Source of the DNA: Dicyema japonicum
Taxonomy: Eukaryota > Animalia > Dicyemida
Direction of reading: 5' to 3'
Length of the DNA stretch: 64,000 bases
NCBI GenBank assembly: GCA_011109175.1
Contig: RDEW01000016.1
Location: 422,811 to 486,810, forward strand
The notes beneath the pieces are model-generated. The model did not search any database, was not told the origin of the DNA, and saw only the letters and a list, made by a program, of their open reading frames with translations. Shown here piece by piece: positions 63,201 through 64,000 of the stretch (position 1 is the first letter of the stretch; each line of letters begins with the position of its first letter). The position numbers were made by a program, and so were the translations under genes.

Positions 63201-64000
63201 AAACTCTTTTTTTTAATTATTGTCCGTATGTGATAGCGTTAAAAAAATAAATTAAAAATTGTGGCAGATTTTAAAAATTGGCCAATTTAATAAGGAGAAT
63301 AGGATCATGAAGTGTGTCAAATTGGCTTCCAAACTTCTGTATTTACACCTAGTGATTAGGTAAAATTTATTAACCTCAAGCTTGCAATCTTAGGCAAGCC
63401 CAGCACAAACAGTCATAATTAATAAATCCACGGAAGGAACCCAAGGGAGAACGTCTGCTTGTACCGACCAATTAAATTCTCCAATATTCCACTACAGGCT
63501 TCCGAAGAGAGGTTGCTTCATTCTTTAGCGGAGGAGTTTTCATAAAGTAATCTTCACCAGTTGATTTGGTATGGTGAAGAAAGGAAAATCCCTCTTAACA
63601 ACTGTCTCGTTCCAGAAGGACTCGTCGATATGGCTATTTGATTGACATTTTCTATTCTTTCAATCTGCTGACGTCATCAGATCCACCTCACTCAGAAGAC
63701 TCACACTGCCTGACCGGCATTCAAAATGTTTCATTTCTTCATTCCAATGTGAGACTACTTCACTTCTGTCGACGAGTTATGCTAAGACCTCAGTTTCTCA
63801 TGCTGTACCTGGTCGAGAGCTCCACTGGGACGCGTCTGGATCAAGGGATTAGTTAGCTTGTTTTTACTCTGTCTTTGGAATATTTTATTTAATTCTATTC
63901 AGTTCCCTTTTATTCCGTCATTATGCGAAGAATGAGGTCTTTTTTGGATCCCGGCCAGGTATTGGAATTTGATGGATACAATGACTCCTGTAGTAATAGA

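Overview
AT-rich (about 36-38% GC by eye) eukaryotic, most likely metazoan, genomic DNA. Short conserved genes sit as islands among decayed transposable elements. Genes reconstructed by hand: ATG4 (-), a CKAP5/XMAP215 TOG fragment (-), BCKDHA (+), a tetraspanin (-), SLC12A9 (-), eIF2-beta (-), an HtrL/YibB-like type II membrane protein (-), and with less confidence an Ig-domain gene and a Tpt1/KptA-like ORF. The six-frame track fragments these genes because nearly all of their roughly 35-40 introns are only 19-26 nt long, mostly GT-AG. This resembles the reported dicyemid architecture; the taxon is my inference, and other reduced parasites such as myxozoans are not excluded. Several genes also carry 1-nt indels at homopolymers, probably long-read consensus errors. 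Repeats include a tRNA-derived SINE (9 copies), APE-type LINEs sharing a 'GIT*' 3' end (one with a 2A-like motif), RTE-like, CRE-like and R4/Dong-like non-LTR remnants, two hAT remnants, a foldback/MULE-like element, a TGT...ACA Ginger-like MITE with a 5-bp TSD, and integrase debris. The most unexplained signal is a roughly 5-fold excess of the palindrome CACGTG (36 sites counted by eye) across exons, introns and TEs.
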